From Nageia nagi (taxonomy: Eukaryota; Plantae; Pinophyta), in the NCBI GenBank assembly GCA_050084985.1, contig JBITNC010000001.1:67332001-67396000 (forward strand): DNA of 64,000 nucleotides, in the 5' to 3' direction. Shown here piece by piece: positions 26,617 to 38,519 of the stretch (position 1 is the stretch's first letter; each line of letters starts with the position of its first letter). The translations under genes were made by a program, and so were the position numbers. The notes beneath the pieces were generated by a model. It saw only the letters and a list, made by a program, of their open reading frames with translations, made no database searches and was not told the DNA's origin.

Positions 26617-27638
26617 ACTTCAACAAAAGATTAAGCTACAAATTGAACCAATAGCATCTTAAAGATAATCTAATCTAGAATTTTAATGATTTAAATGATT
26701 CAAAATAAAATATAATACAAAGATAAGAAATCTCCCATACTTTCTTAAAAAGAATGGTATGAAAAATCTAAAAACTCTAATAATACATGCAGCTCAGCTC
26801 TTTCTCCACTCCTACAAGCTTTCTCTTTATACATGTTACATTTTATCCTCTACTAAACATGTTAGCTATTAATTTGAAAGGAGGATAATTTTTGGGGTAT
26901 CAATGGCTTATCCATGGCTATTTCTCCACATAGCTCCCATTATGATGGATATTTTTTGTGATCTTTATCTATTGTGAGGGTGGGTAAGCATTATATATCT
27001 TCACTCCTTGGATTAAAAGATTGGTCATTTCAATCTACTATGTTGGATGTGCTCCATGTCTTGGCATTGTTGACAAGGGGGAATGGCTTGTATGCCTTCA
27101 GAACTTTGTTGGATTATAGAAGATTCAAGGGGCTCCACATGTCTCCCATCGCTAGCATTTGCTTACGTGAAGCATTCACAGGTAGCCCCTCATTTCTCAT
27201 GAAATCCTTACGAAAATGCAAGGGTTTCACATGGAGCCGTTTCAAATCCTTTGATTGGTATATTTATTTTAAAGCATCTTAAATTTTATATTTATCAATT
27301 TATTGTATAGTTTATATTACTCTAGGTACAATTTTAATATTTATATATATTATATTTTTCTTGATTTTAGAAGAATGAATCCTTTTGTTTCTTCTACTTG
27401 AAAATCTAGTTTTTAAGGATAGAAAAGATGAAGTTGGAACAATTTAATTATTTTTTATTGTAGTCTAAAAATTAAATTATATTTAAGTGTGGAATTAGAA
27501 ATTAGAAATATATTAATGACCATTGGTGATGAAAGAGTGGGACTCTAAGGTAAGACATTTACAAAACAACAAAAGTGTTTAATATAACTTTAAAAATTAA
27601 AAGTAAAAATAAAAATAAAAATAAAATAAATGAATAGT

Positions 27639-29036
27639 GTAATACATGATGTATGAAATCTTTAAGTCAAGGATCACTCCCATTATTCAAGGATGAAAAT
27701 AAGTGAGTGATGTAGGAGTTTAGTAATAATGTGGAACACTTTTTTGTAGTATATAATGAATTGATCTTATTTTATCTCTATGATCACCTTGACACTTCCT
27801 AGTTGAGGCTCATTGATGTGAGAAGAAGGAAGCAATGCGTCTGAATCTAGTGCTCTGTTGGGAATTATTACTAACAAATACTTTTTGAGATTGGATATTT
27901 CCTAGATGAAAAAGGCAATGCATATGTGATCTTCATAATTAATATAAGATTTTAGTGTATGGTTGTATTTGAATAAGAAATTATATCTACCACATAACTT
28001 GTAATAAACAAGATAAGTGAAAATGAAATATTCCTCAAATTCTACCTCAAGATTACATAATTTGTAGATACATGAGTTTTGATGATATGTAAAAATAAAA
28101 TATTTTTTATAATTATATTAAATATTATTATAATAACCATTGATAAGTTTATTATGAACAAGTTTGCATGATTCACCACTATTAAAAGATGAAACATTAA
28201 TATTATTAATAGAATGATCTAAAATATGATAAATGGTTCATATTATTGGGATGATTATTTCTTCACCTATTTATCAAATGATTTTGGATCTTTAATAGTA
28301 TTATCCCACCTTTGCCCCACCTTGGAGATAGATTAACTTGCAAATTGGATAACAATAGACCACAACCTTAGGTGAGAGGATGTTACTTTCCTCCTCCTAA
28401 AATTATCAACTTCCCCAAGGTATAATAAGAATGATAAATAATTAAAAAATGAAATGTTGATAATGGTATGTCTATTTTGTTAATTTATGTACCTAAGGTG
28501 AAACCAATCAAAATAGTTTAAGGGCTCATAGACATTTTATTATGGAACAATGATATGAATTTAACTCTCATTTTTTGAAGACTTTAAAACAAATCAAAAT
28601 TAAGAGCAAGATTTCTAATGCACCAAAGAAAATGAAAATCAAATATAATATATTATTAAAAATGAGAAAATAAAGATAAAGATTTAAGAAAATAAACAAA
28701 AATGGTGCAAGGTATGCATTGTATAGATTTAACGCTTTCAAATTTGATAGAATCATTTTCTTGATCCAAACTTAATCATTTACAAGTACTAGTAAAATTA
28801 GAACTATTAATACAAGGCAAATTTTAAGCACATATTTTTTTATTGAATGTCATAGAACTACATGATCTAGAATACATTTTTGGCTTAGCCTTAAGAGAAG
28901 TCACCAAAGCTAATTATTTCTAAGCTAAAATATTATAAAAAACATGATCAACACCATTATAGAGAATGATATTCAAAACATTTCCAATAGAATTAATATG
29001 GGGAGGAACTTAGCAAAGAAGATTTTGGTAATCAAC
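27639..29036. repeat. Tandem duplication unit, copy 3 (first 1.4 kb, interrupted by the LINE)
   Basis: Colinear with 16556-17951 up to gattttggtaatcaacttt, where the LINE poly(T) begins. Confidence 0.9.
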
Positions 29037-29187
29037 TTTTTTTTTATATTGGTAAAACGTTACAAAAAGGTTTCAAAAAAGATAGGGCCCTAAAATCTGT
29101 ATGTACAAAATTTTATAGATATTCAATAATAGTACATATGTTCCAAAAACTATCTTCTAAGAGTCACTTTAGTTTCCACTTAACTAA

Positions 29188-30619
29188 CTACAAAAAATGA
29201 TCCTTGCTTTTCACTTGTTGCTCACACCATCCTTTCACTGGTTGCACCAGTGAGCTCTAGTCCAACTCAAAATTGGAGTCCTTATTGAAGCACTCCCAAA
29301 ATGAATCAATTACCATCTTGATAGGCCTTTTGCATTCTAAATTGATATAGTCATAGGTATCTCCTTCTGCGTAGAGGAAAAAGTACCATCCTACGCATTC
29401 CCCCAAATATCTACTTATTATACCACTAGTATTAGGAGGCCTTCATCCCTCTCTTGACCATTCTGACATCCCTCCATTCCTTTCCTCATCTACCAATTCT
29501 TCCCTATTCTAAAAATGACTTTGTTTACCATACCATTTCTTGAAATTCATCTTTTGAATAAATGTTTTCAACTTGTTGGATCCTCCAGGATCCTCACTGG
29601 GTGTGTTCACCTTAAGATCTTGATCTTCTTATGTAGTCTAGGATCCCTATTTGGATTCTTCATTATTCTTCCTCTGTTTAATCTTCAAACCCATAGGAGT
29701 AATTTCCTTCATGTCCTTTTCATCCTCCATTGGAGGATTCTATGGTGACTTATTCAAAGGGATTGTTACCTCCATAACCAAATCCTCCTCCTTTTCTTAT
29801 TCAATTCTAAATTTTCCTCTTTATTTAGATAAAACCTATCCCTCCTTAGATTTTGATAGGGAGTCCTCCAATTTTTAAGAAATAATCACCACCATAGAAT
29901 AATTTGATGGCCTTTCAATTGACAAAAGTTGTAGTAGTGACCTACTTGATGACCTTGAATCAACAAAAACTTGGATATTTACCTGAGGGGTTCTTGGCTA
30001 CTACTAAAGTAGTGGTATCACCTTTTTAGCTTTGGTACACTCAAAGTATACCAAAACCTTAATCAAACCCTGATGCATAAGGACCACTCCTCTATTCCTC
30101 CTAATGTAAATATCCAAGGAATGAAACAAAAAAAGGTAGATTCATTTTGTACAAACCTTTGAAGTGGCATAGTAGGATGAAATGATAGTTATAGAGATTC
30201 AAGTATCTTCCTTCCATTATGAAGACTTTCATAATTACCTTGAAAATCTCATTCCAAGGGTAAGGAATCGACTCAATTAGGTAATTTCATTTTCTCTTCT
30301 ATAATAAAGGCACCCCTTGCCCATAGAAATCATGCACCTCCACTACAAGTGTACACATTTCCCTACAATGCCTCCTTTTTGAATTAGTCATACATGTAGC
30401 TACCTCAAATAACTTTGCAATGATTGAGAATTGGTGTCTGTATACTACCATCTTACCTTCATACCATTTTTTCAAAACTTGACTAGAACAACTCTGATTT
30501 TGGTCATTCAGGGCATCTATGATCCCATCAATACCTACATTATAAAGGATCTGCTAGACCACTAGATCTTACCTAAATTCTTCTCTAGAGGTCAGTTCAA
30601 TATGATTTTGGCTCATCAT
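29188..30619 (-). pseudogene. LINE ORF3, ~475 codons; N-terminal domain resembling putative plant transposon protein (PF20167-like), copy 1
   Basis: Starts MMSQ ~200 bp after the ORF2 stop. Motif PYPWNEIFKVIMK.FIMEGRY.NLYNYHFILLCHFKGLYKMNLPF, then MHQGLIKVLV, then a Ser/Glu-rich tail. Ends ~150 bp before the poly(A). Confidence 0.7.
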
Positions 30620-30821
30620 ATTGTTTGAATATAAAAAATATGATGATTATCTATGGGTGCATTTTTCTAAATTGCATTTCTCAACTTGCCATCCTAGCTT
30701 CCTAATCTCAAACCTCCATTTATCCCCATCACCTATGATTCATAATATCATGATCCATGGCATTGCTATGGAGGAAATATGTGTATTCCTTTCACACAAG
30801 TTCCACCAAGTAAATTTTCTC

Positions 30822-33372
30822 TCACTCATGTATCCCATGTGAGTCTTTACTATCCCCTCCTTCCCTATTGGATTCTAGATCCAACGGGCCATTTTTACTT
30901 ATCAATTTCTAATTTTCTTCGATCATACATTGAAGTTTTCCAACCAACCTATTATCCACACCTCTGAAGTAAATTGGTAAAATTGGCACAAGTGATTTAC
31001 CATTTCCTCATCATTATAGCATAGAGAACATATATTTACTAAAATTTGCCCCTTCTTTCTTATATTGTCAAATTTTAGTATCCATTTCCTAAACACTAGC
31101 CATAGGAAGTGAGTTAGCTTACAACTAAAAACCCTAGAAATCTTCCTTTACCTACTGATTAGATTATGGATGAAGAAAAATTTGCTTTTATTGAAGTTTA
31201 TTTATTGTTAAGATGACCCTTCATATACCTAAAGGAACCTTAAGTAATTCCTTGCTTCAATCATCAAAGTCTTTCCAACTATAATTGTATCATCCACAAA
31301 TTGGCTATGGGTGCTAATTACTGGTGCATTAGAAGGTCTAATTCTGTTGGATTTTTTAACTCTTCTCCATTCCATAATCCTCCTTACTAAGGCTTTTTCC
31401 ATTAGGATGAATAAATATGGAGATATTGGGTCACCTTATCTATGTCCCCTTTCTGATTGAAAAAACCAGCAAACTTTCCATTAATTAGAATAGAGAATGA
31501 GATCATAGATATAAACTGATTTATGTTCAAATTATAGAGAAACCAAATTTCTCACAAATATTATCTAAAAAGGTCCAATTTATGCTACCATAGACCTTTT
31601 GAATATCTAATTTCAATAGAAAATTCATAATATTCTTTATCTATGCTATGTGTAATACCTCATGCATCTCTATAATCCCATCAACAATATTTCTCCCTTG
31701 AACAAGTCCTCCATGTTCTAGAGAGATAAGGTGAGGTATGATCAAATCCAACTTGTTAGCCAATGTTTTAGCAAGGATCTTCTAAACTACATTATAGATA
31801 CTGATTGGATGGAACTACTTGTTATCTTTGGCATCCAAGAATTTGAGAATTAGTGATATAAATGTAGCATTCCAAGCCTTGAAGATTTTATCAAAGGATT
31901 AAATTTATCTTATAGACTTAGTGACCTTTGAACCCATAATCCCCTAGAATGTCTGGAAAAATTCTGTGAGGGAACCCATATGGACCTGGGGATTTGTTAG
32001 GAGCCATGGAAAGACTATATTCTCGATTTTCATATCAAAGAAAGGCATAGTGAGTCTCTAATTTTGCTCATCAGTCACTAGCTTTGGGATGTTTTCTAAA
32101 ATATCCCTCATCTGGACATTATCAAGTTCTTGTTCCATGGATAATAGTTAATGAAAGAATATAATATCTATTTATTTTATTTCTTTAATATCCTATGTGA
32201 GTTCTCCTTGAGCATTTTTTATTTTCAAAATCTTGTTTTTTGTTCTATGCTTGAAGGTGGTCATTTTGAAAATTATTATGTGATGGTCACCTTCTTCAAA
32301 CCATGTTATTCTTGATTTTTGTCTTCATTTTGTTTCTTCCCTTACTAAAGTGTTATGAAGGTCACATAACACTTCCTTCTCTTCCCTTTTTAGATCATAT
32401 AAAAATCCTATGGCTTCCATTCTCTTCCTAATTTTAGATATTCTTACTTTCAATTATTCCTTCTTTTCTTCAATTCTACCAAACACTTCTTTGTTCCAAA
32501 CTTTGATTTGTTTCTTCACATTTTGTAATTTTTTTGGTATGATGAACATATTGGTCCTGTATATTGGTAGGTTCCATCATTTTTTGATCTTTTCCTCTAA
32601 ATTTGAATAACTCAACCATATATTTTCAAACATTAAGGGACTATGTTTGGCTACACAATTCTTTATGTCAAGTAATATTTCATTATGATCTGAACCAACT
32701 TGTGACAAAACCCATAGTTGATATTTGGGTAAATTATGAATCCATTCTTGGGATGAAAATATTCTATCCAATCTACTCATAATCAGCTTCCCCCCAACTT
32801 GCCTATTTGTCTAGGTGTACTTGGTACCATGAATTCTAAGGTCTGATAAGCCCATGTTAGTCTGAAAGTTCCTAAGACCCTTCATTTCAAACACTTGGGG
32901 ACCATTTAAAATTCTCTCGAACTTTTCCTCTAAACATAATGGGGAGTTTAAATCTCTTGTGAAGATCAATATCTCATTTTCCTTTTCCTTGAGGATCTCT
33001 TAAATAACTTTCCAAAGTTTCCTTCTTTCCAACAATTTGTTTGGTGCATAAATAATAATGGTATTCATTTTCTTTCTAGATACTATGTGGGTGAGTATCA
33101 TAAAAATGAAATAGATGTTTACTTTCATAATAAAGCCATAAAAGAGATTTAGATTCCATAAAAATAGAATTCCCCATGCATTCCCTAAGTTGGGATATAT
33201 TCCATATCTGCTTGAGCCAAAATTCTTTCCAAATTATTTTTAAACTTAGTCTCTTTGACTTTTGTTTCCTACAAAAACACTAAATTAGGTTTTGCTTCCT
33301 ACAAATATCTCGCAGAAGCCTTACTTCTAATGGGGCACTTAACCCACTCACATTCCATGAGAAAACTATCAT
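30822..33372 (-). pseudogene. LINE ORF2 (APE endonuclease, RT, zf-RVT), copy 1
   Basis: Motifs: MIVFSWNVSGL, IYAPN, DLNSPL, SRLDRIF, VGSDHN, KFHPISIYNVV*KILAKTLANKL, GDPISPYLFIL, FVDDT, HFLWLVFRK..CSLCYNDEE..NHL. Many stops. Confidence 0.92.
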
Positions 33373-34048
33373 TGGGCATCTAGTTTAGAGGTTATTCTAC
33401 CTTCGAAGGTATCCAAAGTGCCATGCTTACCATCTGCTATATTCCTTTTTGTTTCCTTCATTCTTGCTCCTCCAAGAGTTGGTATTCTTTTTGATAAACT
33501 TTTGGCAATTATTTATCTCTCAAATTGAGTTTCTTTTACAATTGTATCATTTGAGTTTTAGGGGCTCTTTATTATTCTTCTTCTTCTACCTTCCACATTC
33601 TTCCATTTTTCATTCAGGTTTTGCAAGAGTTGTCCCTCCTTAATTATCATTAGATTGTTATTTGGTATAATATCCACTTCATTTTCATCTTCATCTTCCT
33701 CACTTGCCTCATCTCTTTGATTATATTTATTAATTTCCCCTTACTTAGGACCTTCCCCTTTTGCTACTTCCTCTAAATGAGCCTCCTCTTGCAGCTATTT
33801 TGGTCTCCACCCCTTTTCTTCTAAAACTCTCTTTGGGTCTGATTTTAGAATATGAATGATTTGATTACATAGGGAAAAAAGATAATTATTAGTTTCATAT
33901 TTTATTTCTTCATCTTTATAGCCCTATGGTAGTAGCATGCCACCATGTGAATTTTTTATTTCTTCATCTTTATAACCCTAGCTATAAGTCTATAAATATA
34001 TGTTTCCATGTAGTTCCTATTCCAGTTATTACAATTCCAAATCAAGAA

Positions 34049-35418
34049 ATGGAAGATTCACCAAGTTAGCATTCCATTTCTATAAGTCAGTCGATGCAAC
34101 CTACATCATCTACTCCTCCTTCAGGTAAATATTTTTGAATTTTTTTCTAAATTTGTTATCTATTAAAAATGAGTTCATATTTCATAATACATAATTTTTT
34201 GATACAGGTGGTAGGTCAAGTTTTCAAAAAAATAGATCACTTAATACCACCTATTCCACATCTAGTATCCACAAGAAGAGTAAAAAAATGTCTCAATTTA
34301 TACCAGGATCATCCTTCTATGAACAATAAAATATTTAACTTATCAAGAATCTCTTCTTTTGTTGATCTTGATTTAGAGAATGTACAAAGTGTTAGCATTA
34401 CCAGTTTGTGAAATATACCATTGTATGTGGATTATTTGGGAATTAATAGTCGTACAAATACTCAATTGAGTACCCATGATATTATTCAGATTCAAGTTAA
34501 TGTTTCACAATATTCTCATCCTCAACAGACAAGTTCTGTACCACATCCATAAAATGTAGAGGATACTATTGGTAAAATGGGTGATGAATTCACATACTTT
34601 TCATTGAATGCACTTGTTTCAAATGATACTTTGGCATAATTAAATGATGTTTTACTAGATAATATCAATACTTTAAATATGTGGGAAGTATAGGCCAAAT
34701 AATTGATAAAGCAAATCAATACCCATTATCATTATCATAATGATTCTCAATGGGTTTCTTTGTATAAATTGGTTGAGAATGAACTTATCAAAATAGAAAG
34801 TTTAAGGGATCAAGAACAAGTAGGTTAAATCAATGTGCAAATTGGATATGATTATAATTTAATGAGTATTATGTGTAACCATTTGGAAAATCTTAGTGTA
34901 GAAGTTCAATCTTATTATGACCTATGGTTGATAGAAGGTTTTTTGGTAGAAATTACAAAGGACCAAAAGTAATAAGCTAAGGTAACAACCTACTTTCCAA
35001 TATTTACATATTTTTATTTATTCTTAAAAAATCTAAATTTATTGAGTTTTAAAATTTATATATTGTTATTTAACTGCAAGCAAGTTATGATAATTGATAA
35101 AAATATTTTCAAATATTTAATATTCATTTGAAAACTGCAAACAAAAGTGTAAGTATGACCATTCAAATGAAAGATGAAATTACTTAATTAAGAAAAATGA
35201 ATAATGCTTATATTCTAACAATCAAGGAGCATCAACTTAATCCAGATATCATATGGAAAGAGAAAACATTTGTAGATCTAATTTTACTTTCAACAGATAA
35301 TGCATCTACCTCAGAATGAGATATATTATCTAATCTTATCGAAGAAGTTGTTGTTGTTGGTATTTCATTAGATGAGCTAGAGGGTTCAAAAGGAGAAGAA
35401 GGAGGAGAGGCATCATAA
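34049..35418 (+). pseudogene. Unknown three-exon gene convergent with the hAT transposase, copy 1
   Basis: ATG at 34049, donor tcag|gtaaat (34125), acceptor atacag| (34207), donor aag|gtaaca (34982), acceptor near 35080, stop TAA at 35418. The introns are short and AT-rich, and the reading frames are broken mostly by stops consistent with C>T changes. Confidence 0.55.
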
Positions 35419-35529
35419 TTTGATTTCTTTCTATTGATACTACTTTGGTTTAAATTATTGTTGAGACTATTTTGATGGTTTAAAGTACTTGTGTGGTTTA
35501 AAGTACTTTAGTTTAAGACTATTTTTAAT

Positions 35530-35720
35530 ATTCTTTCAAAATGGTTGAATGTTGTGTTATGTTATGGTTGAATTTTATGTTATGTTTGAAATATTATATT
35601 TTTTTAAATTTAAATAGTTGATATGAAAATGTTATGGTTGAATGTTATATTATGGTTTAATTTGATGTTATAGTTAAATGTTTGTTCAAATTTAAATAGT
35701 TGATATGAAAATGTTTAAAT
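35530..35720. repeat. Degenerate short tandem repeats (tgttatggttgaa-like) between the convergent genes; copy at ~55700-55900
   Basis: Recurrent gttatggtt, tgttatgtt and aaatttaaatagttgatatgaaaatg motifs. Confidence 0.6.
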
Positions 35721-35929
35721 TAAAATGGATTTCAAAAATGATTTAATGTTTTATAAGAAAATACTTTATACAAAAATAACATGTAACAAATACTTTACAC
35801 AAAAATGTAAAAATACTAACTTAAATTTGGTTAACAAACTGAAAGATACATAACAAATTTGATTAATAATGATTTTTTGGTGTTGGTGTGTAAGGTTTTT
35901 TTGGAGAATTTTCTTCATGATTGTCTAAA

Positions 35930-38330
35930 CCTATCCTTTGTGCAATAGAAAATCTAATATTCACTACCCTTTCTATGGAAAACAATCCATAGCATAAGGG
36001 AAAACATATAATGTAATGCATGTATCCAAGTTTTTTTCTAGTTTATTTCAAGGTTTGGATTAAATAAAAGATAAAGCACTGAATACTTTTTCATCCTCAA
36101 TAAAACCCAAAATCATTGTTTGACATAATTCATATAATCTGAAATACTCACTAACATTATCTCGAATAATTGTATTGGGATGAAGTTTTATTTAAATATG
36201 TTTAATGGCACCATTTTCTACGAGTTTTGATAATATAGAGTATTGATAAATCATAGAAATTCCAAAATGGTTGGCTTGTTTTTTCAACAACTCTTTATTT
36301 AAAATACCATTGAATTTTATTCTATTTACTTCTATAGCTTTACCAACATTTGATCCACAAATTACCATATTTTTGTAAAATAAATCATGAATTAACTATT
36401 CACCAATATTTTTATTCAAAAATTTAGGGTTCATAATAACCATTGATTCAAGTAAATCATATCTTTTAAAGCATTCATGTATTTAATTGGCTAAGATTGT
36501 AGAAATATTTCTCAAATTAATCCATGTACCATAAATACAATTATTGAAAAGAAGATGATTTATAGGTTCATCTTCATATTTTGCTCTAAACAAGTCTCTT
36601 TGAATACTTTGAACATGCAATGGTATGAAATTTCCTTTCATGTTTATACAAAGATGATCATAGACATTAAATTTCAAAAAATTGTTTAGATATTTGACAT
36701 TTGTTAAAGTTTACCATATTTGAAATAAAGGACCTTTAAAATTGTCTTCACCTGTATAAAGCATATCCAAAGATAAGAGATACCCATTTTCTCAAAGATA
36801 TATATATATATAATTCATCTTTCTTGAGTATGTTTCATTAAAGTATTGATTTCCTATAACATTGGAAGAATTCCACATAATGTTAACAATTTTTGAAAAT
36901 CTATCAAATAGAATAGTAAATCTTTTGGTTTATCAACTTCATTATGGTGTTCATACATATAATAGTTAAAGATGGATATTTAAGCAAAACTCTTTTTGTT
37001 GGTTCATACAATGAAATCCATCTTGTATCAACATCTTTTAAAAGCTTATTTATGTCAATTATTCCAATAGAAATTTTTTTGAACTCCCTATATCTTTTTG
37101 GGATTCTTGTGATATATGCATGCAAGTCATGAATAAGATCTTCTACTTTTGATACGCTTATAAAAGTTCTAACAATTCTATATGCAAGGTTCATTCTATG
37201 TACCATACAATGAATGGGAATCATATATGGAGAAACTATAGTCTATAATCTAACATAAAGCATTATTATTACCTTACATTACTAATGCACCATCTGCTCC
37301 AAGACATATCAATTTTGTAGTAATTTCATAATCATCCATTCCAACAAAATCTTTTAAGTTAGAAATAACTAACTCGTAAATATTTTTTGCATTGTAATTT
37401 TCTTCTATTTTATGAACATTCAATAGATATGGTATCCTACAATTATTCTAAAAAGTGTATACATGCAAGCAAATCCATGAAGTATTGTCCACTACTATAA
37501 CTTCATCAAGTGAAAGTGAAATAAATTATGATTTTTTAACATTTTCTTTTAAATTATCAATCTCAACCATTGATAAAAAGTTTTCTATTTTCCAAGCACT
37601 TATCTCTAACCAATGCTTTTATGGTATATTTTGCAATCCAACTCTTTGATATCAAACTTTAAAATTTATAAAATCAAAAATAGGCCTCCCATGTTTAAGA
37701 ATATGGAAGATAGTACATAATTGAGTAAATTTTGTTGATCTTTTTGCATCAGTAATTTTTTCAAAATATGTTTCTAGTGTTCCACCTTTCCCTTGTAGAT
37801 CTTATTTTTCCTTCATGTACTTCTCATATTCTTCGTAATATCGTAAATGATTGCTCTCATCTTCAATTCTATCTCTATAACACTTAATTATCTATCCATT
37901 TTTATCTATTTTTTCTAATATAATTTACCATAATATTTTTGGATTGTATCTATTTTTAGTTGCATTCGATGTTCTCTTTTTATTTCCCAAAAACATATCT
38001 TACATTTGCATTATGGATATTTCCATCACCATGGTCAATTGGTTCAATGAATGAATATTTTACCATTCAATCAACCTGAAAAACTCTTCCAATATTCCAT
38101 TTCATGCTTCATTTTCTTTTCAACTTACGATTATTATTTTTTATAGATTTTCTATAGATTTATTTGTATATTTTTTTGAACATTTTTCAGTAGATGTGTT
38201 CAAATTATCATCATGCGAAGGTGGTCCATTTGTAGGGTACTCCATTATGAGTGATTATACATCAATTGCAACAAAAATATTATCATCAGGTGGTCCATGA
38301 TTATTGGGGTTTTTTACATATTGAAGATAA
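35930..38330 (-). pseudogene. hAT-superfamily (ZNF862-like) transposase, copy 1
   Basis: RVFQVD*..KYSFIEP..KCKIC (TTF-like zinc finger), ISLSLDEVIVVDNTSWICLHVY (first D), GADGALVM (second D), PIHCMVHRMNLA (CxxH), DVDTRWIS, and MILG.IEDEKVFSAL (catalytic E/dimerisation region). Confidence 0.85.
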
Positions 38331-38519
38331 AAGGATATATCTTATAATTCAACATTTACATTGTATTTTAAATATATCAAAGATAATAGATTTGGAATTG
38401 CAAGTCTTATATTAAAAATTACAGATAAGTAAGATAAGTACCTATATCGATTGAAGATTCTTGTTGAGTTCCTTCATTTTATGATTTTGCATTAGAAAAA
38501 TAATATAATATATAGTATA

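Larger units (their letters stand above)
23266..27638. repeat. Tandem duplication unit, copy 2 (internally deleted)
   Basis: Matches 16556-17176, jumps to 19551-22020, then to 22920-23265. It carries extra segments 24186-24316 and 26002-26714 that copy 1 lacks. Confidence 0.9.
29037..33925 (-). mobile_element. L1-clade LINE with ORF1 (3' part), ORF2 and extra ORF3, 5' truncated, copy 1
   Basis: Poly(T) at 29037-29045. The empty site is visible at 17941-17960. EN, RT and zf-RVT motifs are present. Confidence 0.92.

Noticed and set aside
26002-26709. Insertion with a 5-bp TSD ATATA
   Set aside because: The ends are not TG..CA, and the TGTT LTR-like start lies outside it and is shared with copy 1. 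A microhomology deletion in copy 1 explains it better.
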